DNA from: Prevotella sp.
Lineage (GTDB): Bacteria > Bacillota_I > Bacilli_A > ML615J-28 > CAG-313
Assembly: GCA_023665755.1 (NCBI GenBank)
Contig: JAMPDF010000001.1
Span: 479,474 to 543,473 of the forward strand
Direction: 5' to 3'
Length of the DNA: 64,000 nt
Every line of letters begins with the position of its first letter. Position 1 is the stretch's first letter. Made by a program: the position numbers and the translations under genes. The notes beneath the pieces are model-generated. The model saw nothing but the letters and a program-made list of their open reading frames with translations, did not search any database and was not told the DNA's origin. Shown here in pieces: positions 10,323-19,660 of this stretch.

Positions 10323-11948
10323 TTATGGTTTAATTTCACCATATAAATAGTCATGAATGACTTGGAATAATTCAACTATATTTCTCTCTTGACCATTACC
10401 TAATGAGTTGATGGCTTGATTGACATAATTGCGCTTTTCTTCTTCAGTTGCAAATGGTTTCTCTTTTTCAACATATTCTTTTATAAATGGTGTGTATCCA
10501 GCTCCCGATAAATCAGGGAAGAAAGTACATCCTTGAACAAACGCAGAGACATTCGCAATTACTCCCATTCTTTCATAAACTTGTTTTTCTTGCAATTTGA
10601 AATACAATTGGATAGATTTTTCATCAAGAAAATATCTTAAAATATCTGATAATCGTTCTTCATCTGTTTGAGATGAAATCAATCGATAACCACTTTCTAA
10701 TTCGTATAAAATTCGAAATGCAATCTCAGGTGTGAATCCGTTTTCTAATGTATCAAAATTTAAAATAGAAAATCCAGGTGCATTATAAACTGATACTTGA
10801 TATTGGTTATTTGAACTAGTAGGATAAGGCACTAATGCCAATTTTTCTGTCAATGATGTGCTAGATAAGTCCGAAAAATCTCTTTGCGCAAACATATGGG
10901 AAGAAAATACACCACTAGAACGCGTAGCAAGTAAACCTTTACCTACAAGTTGTTGAACTTGATCATAGATAGATAGCATAGGTTTAGAACCAATATTGAT
11001 TGTATTGTTTTCTACAATGTTTATACCATTCGCACTTGCTAATCCAAAAACAAATGGAACGTAATCATCTATTCCCAAAGCCAAGTTTTTATCCAATTGC
11101 TGAATTTCTAAACAAAGTTGATAAAACACATCCCAGTTCCAATTGCCCTCAAAATACATCTTTTGTGGATCTGACAAATGATTTTCTTCAAAAAATTGCT
11201 TGTCATAGTACAGAAAAAGATCTGTATAAACTTCTTGTGGAATATAACGATAAACGTTTTGATAATATTCTGATAAGTTTCTTTTTATATCTACTGGCAC
11301 AATATCCATTTCTTTCATAATACCTGCATGATTTTGAATGTCATATAAAGAAAAATAAAGTTCAGACAAGACATCTTTCTCCTTATACTTACCTGTAAGT
11401 ACATAGTTTTCTTTCAAACTCCTATCATTGATAGAAAACATAGATACCACAGCATAAATGTCTTGACGAAGCAAAAAATGGTCTTCTAAATCATTTATTG
11501 TTTCTACATACTGTTCTTTATAATTCTCTAAAACATTATGTGAAGAATCGAAACAAGATACATATTGAATCACCATATTGTACTTTTTTTCAACACTACG
11601 ATGATATGCCTGTTTCTCCCTTTTATCTGATGACAAATACATATCAGAAAAGGGATTATATATACTTTCTAATTGATTATACCAGTCTAAATACGGGATT
11701 CCAAGCGGATTAGATGGAGCATCTACATAAATATTCATAGTCATTCCTTTACCATTAAAGGAAAATGAAACTTTTGTATCATCTGGCAATGATTGTTCTC
11801 CTCCACCATTTTTATCGGTCATAGATGAATCATTTTCTTGAGGTTGATTTACTGGATTAAAACGGCTATTTTCTTTACACCCTGTTGTAAAGGCAGTCAG
11901 TCCTATCAAACACACCATAATGATACCTATATTTTTTCTTAATTTCAC
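10323..11948 (-). CDS. Hypothetical lipoprotein (possibly solute-binding-like)
   Basis: Signal peptide with lipobox LTAFTTGC. 541 aa; C-terminal half has loose resemblance to extracellular solute-binding proteins. Unknown function. Confidence 0.5.
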   Translation of the reverse strand: MKLRKNIGIIMVCLIGLTAFTTGCKENSRFNPVNQPQENDSSMTDKNGGGEQSLPDDTKVSFSFNGKGMTMNIYVDAPSNPLGIPYLDWYNQLESIYNPFSDMYLSSDKREKQAYHRSVEKKYNMVIQYVSCFDSSHNVLENYKEQYVETINDLEDHFLLRQDIYAVVSMFSINDRSLKENYVLTGKYKEKDVLSELYFSLYDIQNHAGIMKEMDIVPVDIKRNLSEYYQNVYRYIPQEVYTDLFLYYDKQFFEENHLSDPQKMYFEGNWNWDVFYQLCLEIQQLDKNLALGIDDYVPFVFGLASANGINIVENNTINIGSKPMLSIYDQVQQLVGKGLLATRSSGVFSSHMFAQRDFSDLSSTSLTEKLALVPYPTSSNNQYQVSVYNAPGFSILNFDTLENGFTPEIAFRILYELESGYRLISSQTDEERLSDILRYFLDEKSIQLYFKLQEKQVYERMGVIANVSAFVQGCTFFPDLSGAGYTPFIKEYVEKEKPFATEEEKRNYVNQAINSLGNGQERNIVELFQVIHDYLYGEIKP

Positions 11949-12402
11949 TTTTATCTCTCCTTAATTTTTAATTTTTTCGTTTCTAGCGTCTTTTATTTTC
12001 CAAATATATTCTATATTTTTATATCAACATTTTCCTATCGCACTCTACTCTCATATTGCATAATTTCTTAACTAGAAGATACATTTATTTTCTAACTGAA
12101 TGTTTCTTTTATATATCATTTATTCCTATATTAGACAATTTTTACACCTGCTATTTTGCCACTATAAAGTTTTTCTCATATTCATTACAATTATATTATT
12201 GATACAAAAAGTTTATTTTTGATAATACTTGTAAATATAATCCCTATATGCTACATATCATAATAATCAAAATTGTCTTTATATCTTTCACCTAGTCGTA
12301 AACATATTATTTATTGATTTTTATCGAATTGAATTACAATAAGCTACTCTATATAAAATCTAAATTTGTTTTCTATTGATGATTAATATATAATAAAAAA
12401 CA

Positions 12403-12430
12403 AAAAACTCTCCTATTCTAGAAGAGTTTT
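12403..12430 (-). terminator. Intrinsic terminator downstream of feo cassette 1
   Basis: On the minus strand AAAACTCTTCTAGAATAGGAGAGTTTT followed by TTTTTGTTTTTT. Confidence 0.55.
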
Positions 12431-12543
12431 ATCGAAATTGCAGATGATAGGATTATATTATAAACTCCTCCAATAATTTACTTGTAATTCGGTATGTATA
12501 TTTAATTGTATTTTAACTTGTTTTAAAAGATAATGCAAGCGTT

Positions 12544-12702
12544 TTACTTTTTATTTTCCTCTTTATCGCAAGGTTCACTACAGTGTTTTGCGTAAGGACA
12601 TCCTCTACATGGATCTTTGCGATGTTTCCAAAATGTAAAGTAACCAATAGCAATCACACTTGCAATAATAATTATTAAAATAATAATATCTATAGATTTC
12701 AT
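12544..12702 (-). CDS. FeoB-associated Cys-rich small membrane protein (PF12669-like)
   Basis: Not in ORF track. 52 aa: MKSIDIIILIIIIASVIAIGYFTFWKHRKDPCRGCPYAKHCSEPCDKEENKK. One TM helix plus a CxxCxxxxxCxxxC tail; starts 10 nt after the feoB stop. Confidence 0.7.
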   Translation of the reverse strand: MKSIDIIILIIIIASVIAIGYFTFWKHRKDPCRGCPYAKHCSEPCDKEENKK

Positions 12703-12711
12703 ATGTTTATC

Positions 12712-14688
12712 CTAAATCAAATGTAAAATAAGAGAACCAATTCCAAATGCAAGACAACCTAGTATCCATGCAAGACCGGTTTGAAATAAAATGGCTTGAA
12801 ACATACGTTTGGTTGAGCCAAGTTCTCTACGCATCGCACCTATGGCGCCAAAACATGGCGCTGAAAATAAATTGAACATACAAAATGCATAAGCACTCGC
12901 TGGATTAAAGAACCCAAATACGCCACTACCAAATAATGCCGTTATATCTTGTGATTCTTCTGCTAGTCCTGCAATAATATTCATACTAGATACGACTTGT
13001 TCTTTTGCTACTAACCCTTGAATTGCAGAAACTGTTGCGCCCCAAGACCATTCTCCAAGCATTGGATAAAACACCCAAGCAAATACATTACCAATTGATG
13101 CTAAAATAGAGTCTTCTACATTCACACCATATTGTAATTTCCAATTGAATGATAGTAAAAACCAAACAGCAATTGAACAAATTAGAATCACAGTACCCGC
13201 TCTTTTAATAAAGGCTATGACTTTTTCACCAACATCGCGGATTACATATTTGATAGATGGTAATTTATATTCTGGAAGTTCAGAAATAAAAGAAGATGGA
13301 TTACCTTTGAAAAAGAATTTTTTTAAAATAACTGCAGAAATTAAAATAATCACAATTGCAAGAAAATAAAGAGATACCGTAATTAAACCACTATATTGAT
13401 CAAAAAAAGCCCCTGCGAACATCGCAATAATAGGTAATTTAGCAGAACAAGGGATAAAGGGTGTACATACAATCGTAATTGCCCGTTCATCCTCGTCTTC
13501 TACTGTTCGTGCAGTCATAATGCCTGGCACACTACATCCAGATCCTACAATGAACGGAATCAGTGATTTTCCACTTAAGCCAAATTTTTTGAATACTTTA
13601 TCTAAGAAGAAGGCAATTCTTGACATATACCCACTTGTTTCTAAAATAGCAATACATAAAAATAAAATCACTAGTTGGGGAGCGAAATTCAGTACTGCAC
13701 CAACACCTTTGATTATTCCATCACAAATCAAACTAATGATCCAACTACTTGCACCAAGATGACTTAGCGTTTCTGAAACCCATCCTGAAAAAGAATGAAT
13801 AACCCCATCCACCAAATCTACCGTCCATGACCCTACTACACCAACTGCTAAATAATAGATAAGCGCCATAATACAAGCGAAAATAGGAATGGCAAGCCAT
13901 TTATTAAGTAAAATTTTATCTAATTGATCCGTAATAGTTACCACATTTTTTGGTTGTGTTACACACTGATTTTTAATATCAGTAATAAAATTATAACGTT
14001 CATTCGCAATAATCTGCTCTGTATCATATTGATAACTTTTTTCTATTTGATCAATCCGATATAAAATACTATCAGTCACGTAACAAAGGTATCGTTCCTC
14101 TTTTTCAAAAATTTTAACTGCCTCAAAACGATTGCATCCCCTATGCCGCATAATATAATCAAGAATATCTTCTACACTAGGCGCATAGATTTTTTGATGA
14201 TTGTTTTCTAAAATGGACTTGCTAGTAATCAAGTGAATCAGTTCATCAATTCCTGTTTGTTTTAAGGCAGAAATTCTCACAATGGATGTATGCAATAATT
14301 CACTTAATTTTTGTTCATCAATTTGAATCTGTTTTTTTTCTAACATATCAGCCATATTGAGGGCAATAATAACTTTTGTATCTAACTCTAGTAATTGAGT
14401 TGTTAAGTATAAACTTCTTTCAATTGATGTAGCATCTACAATATTAATCACTACATCTGGTTTTTCTTCTAAAATATATCGCCTAGAAACCTCTTCTTCT
14501 GCTGTATAAGGACTTAAAGAATATATACCAGGTAAATCTACTATAGTAATATCCGTATCCTTGATTTTTCCTTCTTTTCGTTCAATTGTTACACCTGGCC
14601 AATTCCCAACTTTTTGGTTGGTTCCTGTCAATATATTAAATAGACTTGTTTTTCCACTATTTTGATTTCCAATCAATGCGACTTTCAT
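12712..14688 (-). CDS. feoB: Ferrous iron transporter FeoB (cassette 1)
   Basis: N-terminal G-domain GNQNSGKTSLFN..DLPGIYSL and polytopic C-terminal permease; 658 aa. Confidence 0.92.
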   Translation of the reverse strand: MKVALIGNQNSGKTSLFNILTGTNQKVGNWPGVTIERKEGKIKDTDITIVDLPGIYSLSPYTAEEEVSRRYILEEKPDVVINIVDATSIERSLYLTTQLLELDTKVIIALNMADMLEKKQIQIDEQKLSELLHTSIVRISALKQTGIDELIHLITSKSILENNHQKIYAPSVEDILDYIMRHRGCNRFEAVKIFEKEERYLCYVTDSILYRIDQIEKSYQYDTEQIIANERYNFITDIKNQCVTQPKNVVTITDQLDKILLNKWLAIPIFACIMALIYYLAVGVVGSWTVDLVDGVIHSFSGWVSETLSHLGASSWIISLICDGIIKGVGAVLNFAPQLVILFLCIAILETSGYMSRIAFFLDKVFKKFGLSGKSLIPFIVGSGCSVPGIMTARTVEDEDERAITIVCTPFIPCSAKLPIIAMFAGAFFDQYSGLITVSLYFLAIVIILISAVILKKFFFKGNPSSFISELPEYKLPSIKYVIRDVGEKVIAFIKRAGTVILICSIAVWFLLSFNWKLQYGVNVEDSILASIGNVFAWVFYPMLGEWSWGATVSAIQGLVAKEQVVSSMNIIAGLAEESQDITALFGSGVFGFFNPASAYAFCMFNLFSAPCFGAIGAMRRELGSTKRMFQAILFQTGLAWILGCLAFGIGSLILHLI

Positions 14689-14945
14689 TATTTGATTACC
14701 TCAATATCGATATTTTCCATTTCTTGTTTTCGAATGCAAAGTTCATACCCTCGTAATTCAATATCTACAGGATCCCCTAGTGGAGCAATTTTTTTTACTG
14801 TTACTTCTACTCCTGTTGTAATTCCCATATCTAAAAGTCTTCTGCGTACTGCTCTACTATCATTATGTAATCCTGTTACACGTGCTATTTGACCAATTGT
14901 TAAATCTGACAAATGCCCTTTTTGACCTTTTTTTAGATGTTTCAT
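14688..14945 (-). CDS. feoA: FeoA (cassette 1)
   Basis: SH3-like FeoA domain (RRLLDMGITTGVEVTVKKIAPLGDPVDIELRGYEL). Start set at MKHLKK, preceded by an AAGAGGGAAG RBS. Confidence 0.85.
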   Translation of the reverse strand: MKHLKKGQKGHLSDLTIGQIARVTGLHNDSRAVRRRLLDMGITTGVEVTVKKIAPLGDPVDIELRGYELCIRKQEMENIDIEVIK

Positions 14946-15201
14946 AACTTCCCTCTTTTCATTATATTTCGAAATAGAACATAAGATACTCATCTCATTG
15001 TTCTTTAATTAGAAGTTCTTTCCTTATATAATATACCACAAAACGCTCTATTTTGTAAAGATTACGCCCTAAAATCAACAAAAAAACACAGTTAATTTTG
15101 GATAATTTGCAATATATTACCTCATCTACTGTGTTTCTTTAATTTTTTATAGACAACCAACTTTATCTATGAATAATTATTACAATATATAATGCTTTAG
15201 T

Positions 15202-15354
15202 TTATCTTTTCTTCAGTGGGCAATCTTGATGGCAGCCATCACAACCACAGCCACACCCTATTTTTCCCTTTTTACGATTTTTTAATTTTAGAAAAATCGG
15301 CAATAATACAAGTACTATAGCTATTGCAATAATAAGATATTCAAACCATTCCAT
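15202..15354 (-). CDS. FeoB-associated Cys-rich small membrane protein (cassette 2)
   Basis: Not in ORF track. 50 aa: MEWFEYLIIAIAIVLVLLPIFLKLKNRKKGKIGCGCGCDGCHQDCPLKKR. TM helix plus Cys-rich tail, 37 nt after the feoB-2 stop. Confidence 0.7.
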   Translation of the reverse strand: MEWFEYLIIAIAIVLVLLPIFLKLKNRKKGKIGCGCGCDGCHQDCPLKKR

Positions 15355-15391
15355 CTATTGGATTGCCTCCTTTCTGTTTTATATACTATAT

Positions 15392-17605
15392 CTATGCCAT
15401 CTTCCGTTTTTTTGCAACGTACCTGCCAAGGAATACCATTGCAACAACAAGAATAATTAATACTAACAATCCCAAATACCAACCGATTTCAAAGAGTTTA
15501 CCAATCCAGAAAATAGCCATCGATATGACATATGATGCACCTAGCCACCAAGCCATTGTTACTAAAAAGCCCTTTTTCGTACTTTCACCTTTTGCTGTAG
15601 CAACTGCAGCAAAACATGGTAATGTAAATAGATTATAGGCTGCAAAAGCATAGATAGCCACATTACTTAAAGCAATGGTATCTTCAGTTAAACCTAGTGT
15701 ACTCATTGTACCTACAACATCTTCTTTTGCAATTAAACCTGTAATAGAAGCAACAGTATATTTCCATCCATCATTGCCCCAACTCCATCCACAAGGATAG
15801 AACACATATTGAAGAACTCTTCCTAAATCAGCTAATATACTTTCACTAATGTCATCTACCATACCTGTCCAAAATGCCCATTTGAAATTAGACAAAAACC
15901 AAATAACGATGATAGAAGCCGTGATAATTGTGGAGGCTTTATAGATAAAATGTTTGAATTTTTCCCATAAATGTGCCATTAAATTTTTAAATTGTGGCAT
16001 ATGATAAGAAGGCAATTCCATAATAAAAGGAGGAACATCAGAATTTTTACTAAATGCCTTCATGATAAGTGCCGATAAAATCGCTACCACAATACCTAAT
16101 ACATAAATTGAAAAAACAAATATATCACCTAAAAAGCTACCCACAACTACTGCAGCAAGCATTGCCCAAATAGGGGCTTTTGCACCACAACTAAAGAAAG
16201 GCGAAAGGCGAATTGCTAAATCTCTTTCTTTTTCATCCTCTAGCGTTTTAGTTGCCATCATCGCTGGAACAGAGCACCCAAATCCCATGAGCAACGGAAT
16301 AAAAGCCTTACCTGATAGGCCAAACTTTCTAAAGGCTCTATCCATAATAAAGGCAACACGCGCCATATAACCAGAATCTTCTAAAATAGAAATAAATAAA
16401 AACAATAATAGGATTTGTGGTAAGAAACTAAAAATAGCATCTAAGCCTGTAAGTAATCCATCACAAATAAGTCCTGTATACCAAGTTCCCTCAGGCATAA
16501 AGCTTGAAACCAAATCTATAATAGATCCAGTTATCCATCCCATCCAGCTTTGTAAAAATACGCCTAAAGAAGGAATTCCTGCAAGAACTGCTGCCTCACC
16601 ATTTTCCATAGCTTCTGCTAATATATCTTCATATCCCATTCCTGTGAAGAAGTTGATCCAACCAGGATTAGATATTTCAATGCCAAATAAACTGTTTAAA
16701 AATAGTAAATCTTCACTAAAAACGAAGTGAAAGACAACAAACATGACAAGAAGAAAAAGCGGTATACTCCAAATGCGATGTGTCAACACTCTATCAATTT
16801 TATCGGATTTTGTAGCTTGCTCAGATGCTTTTGATTTTTTTACTGTTTTGACAAAATGTTTTGCAATATATTTGTATCTTGCATCAGCAATCATTCCTTC
16901 AAAGTCACCATCAAATGCACTAGCATCTATCGTTTTTTTCATATTTTCTACATCTTCTACAAGTGTTGAATGCAATGCCCTTTCTACACTATCTCCTTCA
17001 ATTAACTTAATCGCATGAAACAATGGACTCGCAACCTTTTGTAAATCAAGTTCATTTTGAGCCCTTTCTATAATTGATCCCATACTTGTTTCTGACAAAA
17101 CACTAATCCCTTTTCTAGATTGACTTGCCTCTTCATAAGCCATTTTCATCAGCTCTTTAATGCCTTCATTCTTTAAAGCAGAGATTTCAATAACTGGAAC
17201 ATGAAGCATATTCTCTAATTCTTGAACCTGAATGACGTCACCATTTTTTCTAACAGTATCCATCATATTTAATGCAATGACAATGGGAACATCAATTTCA
17301 AGAAGTTGTGTAGTCAGATACAAGTTTCTTTCTAAATTAGTAGCATCAATTACATTGATTACACAATCTGGTTTTTCATCAACAATAAAATTTCTTGAAA
17401 TAATTTCTTCTGGTGTATAAGGAGAAAGCGAATATATTCCAGGCAAGTCAACAATTTGTACTGGTTTTGCTAATTTTTTATAAACTCCTTCTCTTTTATC
17501 TACAGTAACACCTGGCCAGTTACCAACATGCGCAGTTGCTCCTGTAAGACCATTAAATAAAGTCGTTTTCCCACAATTGGGATTACCCGCTAATGCAAAT
17601 TTCAT
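15392..17605 (-). CDS. feoB: Ferrous iron transporter FeoB (cassette 2, longer paralog)
   Basis: GNPNCGKTTLFN..DLPGIYSL G-domain, 737 aa. A clear paralog of cassette 1 (same motifs, different length). Confidence 0.92.
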   Translation of the reverse strand: MKFALAGNPNCGKTTLFNGLTGATAHVGNWPGVTVDKREGVYKKLAKPVQIVDLPGIYSLSPYTPEEIISRNFIVDEKPDCVINVIDATNLERNLYLTTQLLEIDVPIVIALNMMDTVRKNGDVIQVQELENMLHVPVIEISALKNEGIKELMKMAYEEASQSRKGISVLSETSMGSIIERAQNELDLQKVASPLFHAIKLIEGDSVERALHSTLVEDVENMKKTIDASAFDGDFEGMIADARYKYIAKHFVKTVKKSKASEQATKSDKIDRVLTHRIWSIPLFLLVMFVVFHFVFSEDLLFLNSLFGIEISNPGWINFFTGMGYEDILAEAMENGEAAVLAGIPSLGVFLQSWMGWITGSIIDLVSSFMPEGTWYTGLICDGLLTGLDAIFSFLPQILLLFLFISILEDSGYMARVAFIMDRAFRKFGLSGKAFIPLLMGFGCSVPAMMATKTLEDEKERDLAIRLSPFFSCGAKAPIWAMLAAVVVGSFLGDIFVFSIYVLGIVVAILSALIMKAFSKNSDVPPFIMELPSYHMPQFKNLMAHLWEKFKHFIYKASTIITASIIVIWFLSNFKWAFWTGMVDDISESILADLGRVLQYVFYPCGWSWGNDGWKYTVASITGLIAKEDVVGTMSTLGLTEDTIALSNVAIYAFAAYNLFTLPCFAAVATAKGESTKKGFLVTMAWWLGASYVISMAIFWIGKLFEIGWYLGLLVLIILVVAMVFLGRYVAKKRKMA

Positions 17606-17838
17606 TATTTAAATACCTCCATTAAAACTGCTTGTGCCTCAGATTTACGAATAGTTAATTCATATCCACGAATTGTAATTTCTATCGGATCTCCCATTGG
17701 CGCAAATTTTTTAACAATAATGTTTGCACCTGGTGTTACCCCCATATCATATAATCTTCTCTTGATTTTACCCTCTGCAACAATTTTTTTAACTGTTCCA
17801 GATTCTTTAGGTTGTAATTCATTTAAATACTTTTCCAT
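17605..17838 (-). CDS. feoA: FeoA (cassette 2, copy b)
   Basis: 77 aa, RRLYDMGVTPGANIIVKKFAPMGDPIEITIRGYEL; stop overlaps the feoB start. Confidence 0.85.
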   Translation of the reverse strand: MEKYLNELQPKESGTVKKIVAEGKIKRRLYDMGVTPGANIIVKKFAPMGDPIEITIRGYELTIRKSEAQAVLMEVFK

Positions 17839-17853
17839 ACTTTACCTCTTTCT

Positions 17854-18069
17854 TCATTCTACATAAATGCGACTAGCTAGTTCTTGATTAAGAGCTAATC
17901 TTCCTTCTTTCACCTTGACAATCACATTGCCATGGCTACTTTGAATAAGCGTGAGTTCTGAGCCTTTCAAAATTCCTAGATTTTCTAAATGTCGTTTTGT
18001 TTTATCATCAGAAACCACCTTTTTTACAAATAAATGTTTTTCCTGTTCAGCAATAATAAGGGGAATCAT
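17854..18069 (-). CDS. feoA: FeoA (cassette 2, copy a)
   Basis: 71 aa, RHLENLGILKGSELTLIQSSHGNVIVKVKEGRLAL FeoA fold. Confidence 0.8.
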   Translation of the reverse strand: MIPLIIAEQEKHLFVKKVVSDDKTKRHLENLGILKGSELTLIQSSHGNVIVKVKEGRLALNQELASRIYVE

Positions 18070-18082
18070 ACTTTCCTTTCTG

Positions 18083-18204
18083 TTAGCAATCGCTAACTTA
18101 TATTGATTAATTTTAGTTAGCCTAAGCTAACATCAATTATATTATACGCTAACGATAGACCAATTGCAACAAAAATACACTTTTTTGTTAGCAAAAGATA
18201 ACAA
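18083..18204. promoter_or_regulatory. Divergent promoter/operator region with four DtxR/IdeR-box-like palindromes between feoAAB and the DtxR-family regulator gene
   Basis: TTAGCAATCGCTAA (18083-18096), TTAGTTAGCCTAAGCTAAC (18113-18131; compare the DtxR/IdeR consensus TTAGGTTAGCCTAACCTAA), TACGCTAACGATAG (18146-18159), TTGTTAGCAAAAGATAACAA (18185-18204). A sigma-A promoter TTGAAC-17-TATAAT (18215-18243) follows for the regulator gene. Confidence 0.6.
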
Positions 18205-18265
18205 ATTATATTATTTGAACAACAATTGGTTTTATGCTATAATAAAGTATCAGTGAGGTGAATTT

Positions 18266-18634
18266 ATGCAATTGTATGAATCTGCAGAAGATTATTTAGA
18301 AAGAATTTTGATGTTGCAAAATGAAGGAAAAAATGTTCGATCAATTGACATTGCTCAGTCCTTCAACTATTCTAGAGCTAGTGTCTCTAGAGCCATCAAC
18401 AATTTGAAGAAAAGTCAATTAATTGAGATATCTTCTTCTGGTATCATCACACTTACCATAGAAGGCCACAAAATAGCAGAAAAAATGTTGACTAGACATA
18501 CATTGCTAACTTCTTATTTTGTCAAACTAGGTGTCCCTTACGAAATAGCGAAAATAGATGCCTGCAAAATTGAACATGATCTTAGTGAAGAAACGTTTGA
18601 TGCGATTGTTAATCATATTGATAGTAAAAAATAA
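18266..18634 (+). CDS. DtxR/MntR-family metal-dependent transcriptional regulator (short form, no SH3 domain)
   Basis: 122 aa; winged-HTH N-terminus (EDYLERI...RASVSRAINNLKKSQLI) and dimerisation/metal-binding helix (HTLLTSYFVKLGV...IDACKIEHDLSEE). Confidence 0.8.
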   Translation: MQLYESAEDYLERILMLQNEGKNVRSIDIAQSFNYSRASVSRAINNLKKSQLIEISSSGIITLTIEGHKIAEKMLTRHTLLTSYFVKLGVPYEIAKIDACKIEHDLSEETFDAIVNHIDSKK

Positions 18635-18658
18635 AAATGCCTCTTTTGAAGCATTTTT
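18633..18658. terminator. Bidirectional terminator between convergent regulator and LysM genes
   Basis: AAAAATGC-ctcttttgaa-GCATTTTT with T-runs on both sides. Confidence 0.55.
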
Positions 18659-18663
18659 ATTTT

Positions 18664-19140
18664 TTATAAATAGATTTTAGTTCCTGACTTTAGCCATGTT
18701 CCGGCATTTGCTCGAAGTAATTGATCCGCTGTACGATTGGTTGATGATAGAATTGTATCTACTGTATCATTTTGTTTGACAATGTAGGTATTGTTGCGAG
18801 GTATCTTTAAAACTTGCTCAGGCATAATTTGGAATCCTGCAAAATCATTATATAATCCCAAAAGAATTGGATCTACACCTAACTTAGTGGCAATTACATC
18901 TATGGTATCCCCTGGTTTTACAGTATAATTTTCAAAATAATAATCATCATCACTAGCACTTTGCTTTGGTATAATCAACACTTGTCCTGGAAATATGGTT
19001 GATGATGTGAGCATATTGATATCGGTCAAATCAGATACGGTGGTATCATATTTTTTAGCAAGGTTATAAAGAGTATCTCCTTTTTTTACCGTATATTCCA
19101 TATAATCAATCCGTTTTCCATAGTTGTTAAAATTATTCAT
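18664..19140 (-). CDS. LysM-repeat protein (peptidoglycan-binding)
   Basis: Three LysM modules (YTVKKGDTLYNLAKKYDTTVSDL..., YTVKPGDTIDVIATKLGVDPILL..., YIVKQNDTVDTILSSTNRTADQL...). Confidence 0.75.
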   Translation of the reverse strand: MNNFNNYGKRIDYMEYTVKKGDTLYNLAKKYDTTVSDLTDINMLTSSTIFPGQVLIIPKQSASDDDYYFENYTVKPGDTIDVIATKLGVDPILLGLYNDFAGFQIMPEQVLKIPRNNTYIVKQNDTVDTILSSTNRTADQLLRANAGTWLKSGTKIYL

Positions 19141-19577
19141 TCTTTCCCCTCCTCAACCTTAGTATATGCAAAAAGTCCAAAAGGGTGAAAAAAAAGCAAT
19201 CTTAGTGAGAACAACTAGGCAAAGATAGAGCAGGGAAGCCCACTAGTTGTCCTCAGTAAAATTACTTTACAACAATATTATAACAAATTTGTCCTATTTA
19301 CGCAAGTAATTGACACTTTTGTTACACGTTTTTTGACAATTTTGTCTAAAAAACAAAAAATAAAATCCTATAAGGATATAAATTCGCTCACAATTTTACT
19401 ATTTATTTCAACAATATGTCTCACTTGTCTATCTAAGAATCATAATTTTATCCATTTATTAGATAAAAAGCAGTCAAGAATTCATGCAGAAGAAAGAGAT
19501 AAAATGCATAGCAAAAATCTAAATGATAAGCAAATTTACTATAATATAATACCATAAATGACATAAATTTGTAAAGG

Positions 19578-19607
19578 AAAAACGTCTCAAAGAAGTGAGA
19601 CGTTTTT
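19578..19607. terminator. Intrinsic terminator downstream of thrS
   Basis: AAAAACGTCTCA-aagaag-TGAGACGTTTTTT. Confidence 0.7.
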
Positions 19608-19660
19608 TGTTACTTTTTAGCATTTTATTTGCATATAAAAATAGATATTTTTTTAAATTA

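Noticed and set aside
11949-12543. ~600-bp AT-rich non-coding stretch examined for ncRNA, CRISPR or small ORFs
   Set aside because: No repeats, no conserved RNA motifs, no ORF with an SD; contains only a terminator (12403-12430) and presumably the promoter of the lipoprotein gene. Probably an ordinary long intergenic region.
15080-15150. 9-bp stem (AAACACAGT...ACTGTGTTT) with 39-nt loop as a terminator or structured RNA
   Set aside because: Loop too long for an intrinsic terminator and no flanking gene on the plus strand; likely chance complementarity in AT-rich DNA. Could still be part of the feoA-1 promoter/operator.
19333-19557. 74-aa plus-strand ORF in the thrS/LysM intergenic region
   Set aside because: No Shine-Dalgarno, very AT-rich low-complexity sequence, lies in the promoter region of the LysM gene and overlaps the thrS terminator region; most likely spurious.
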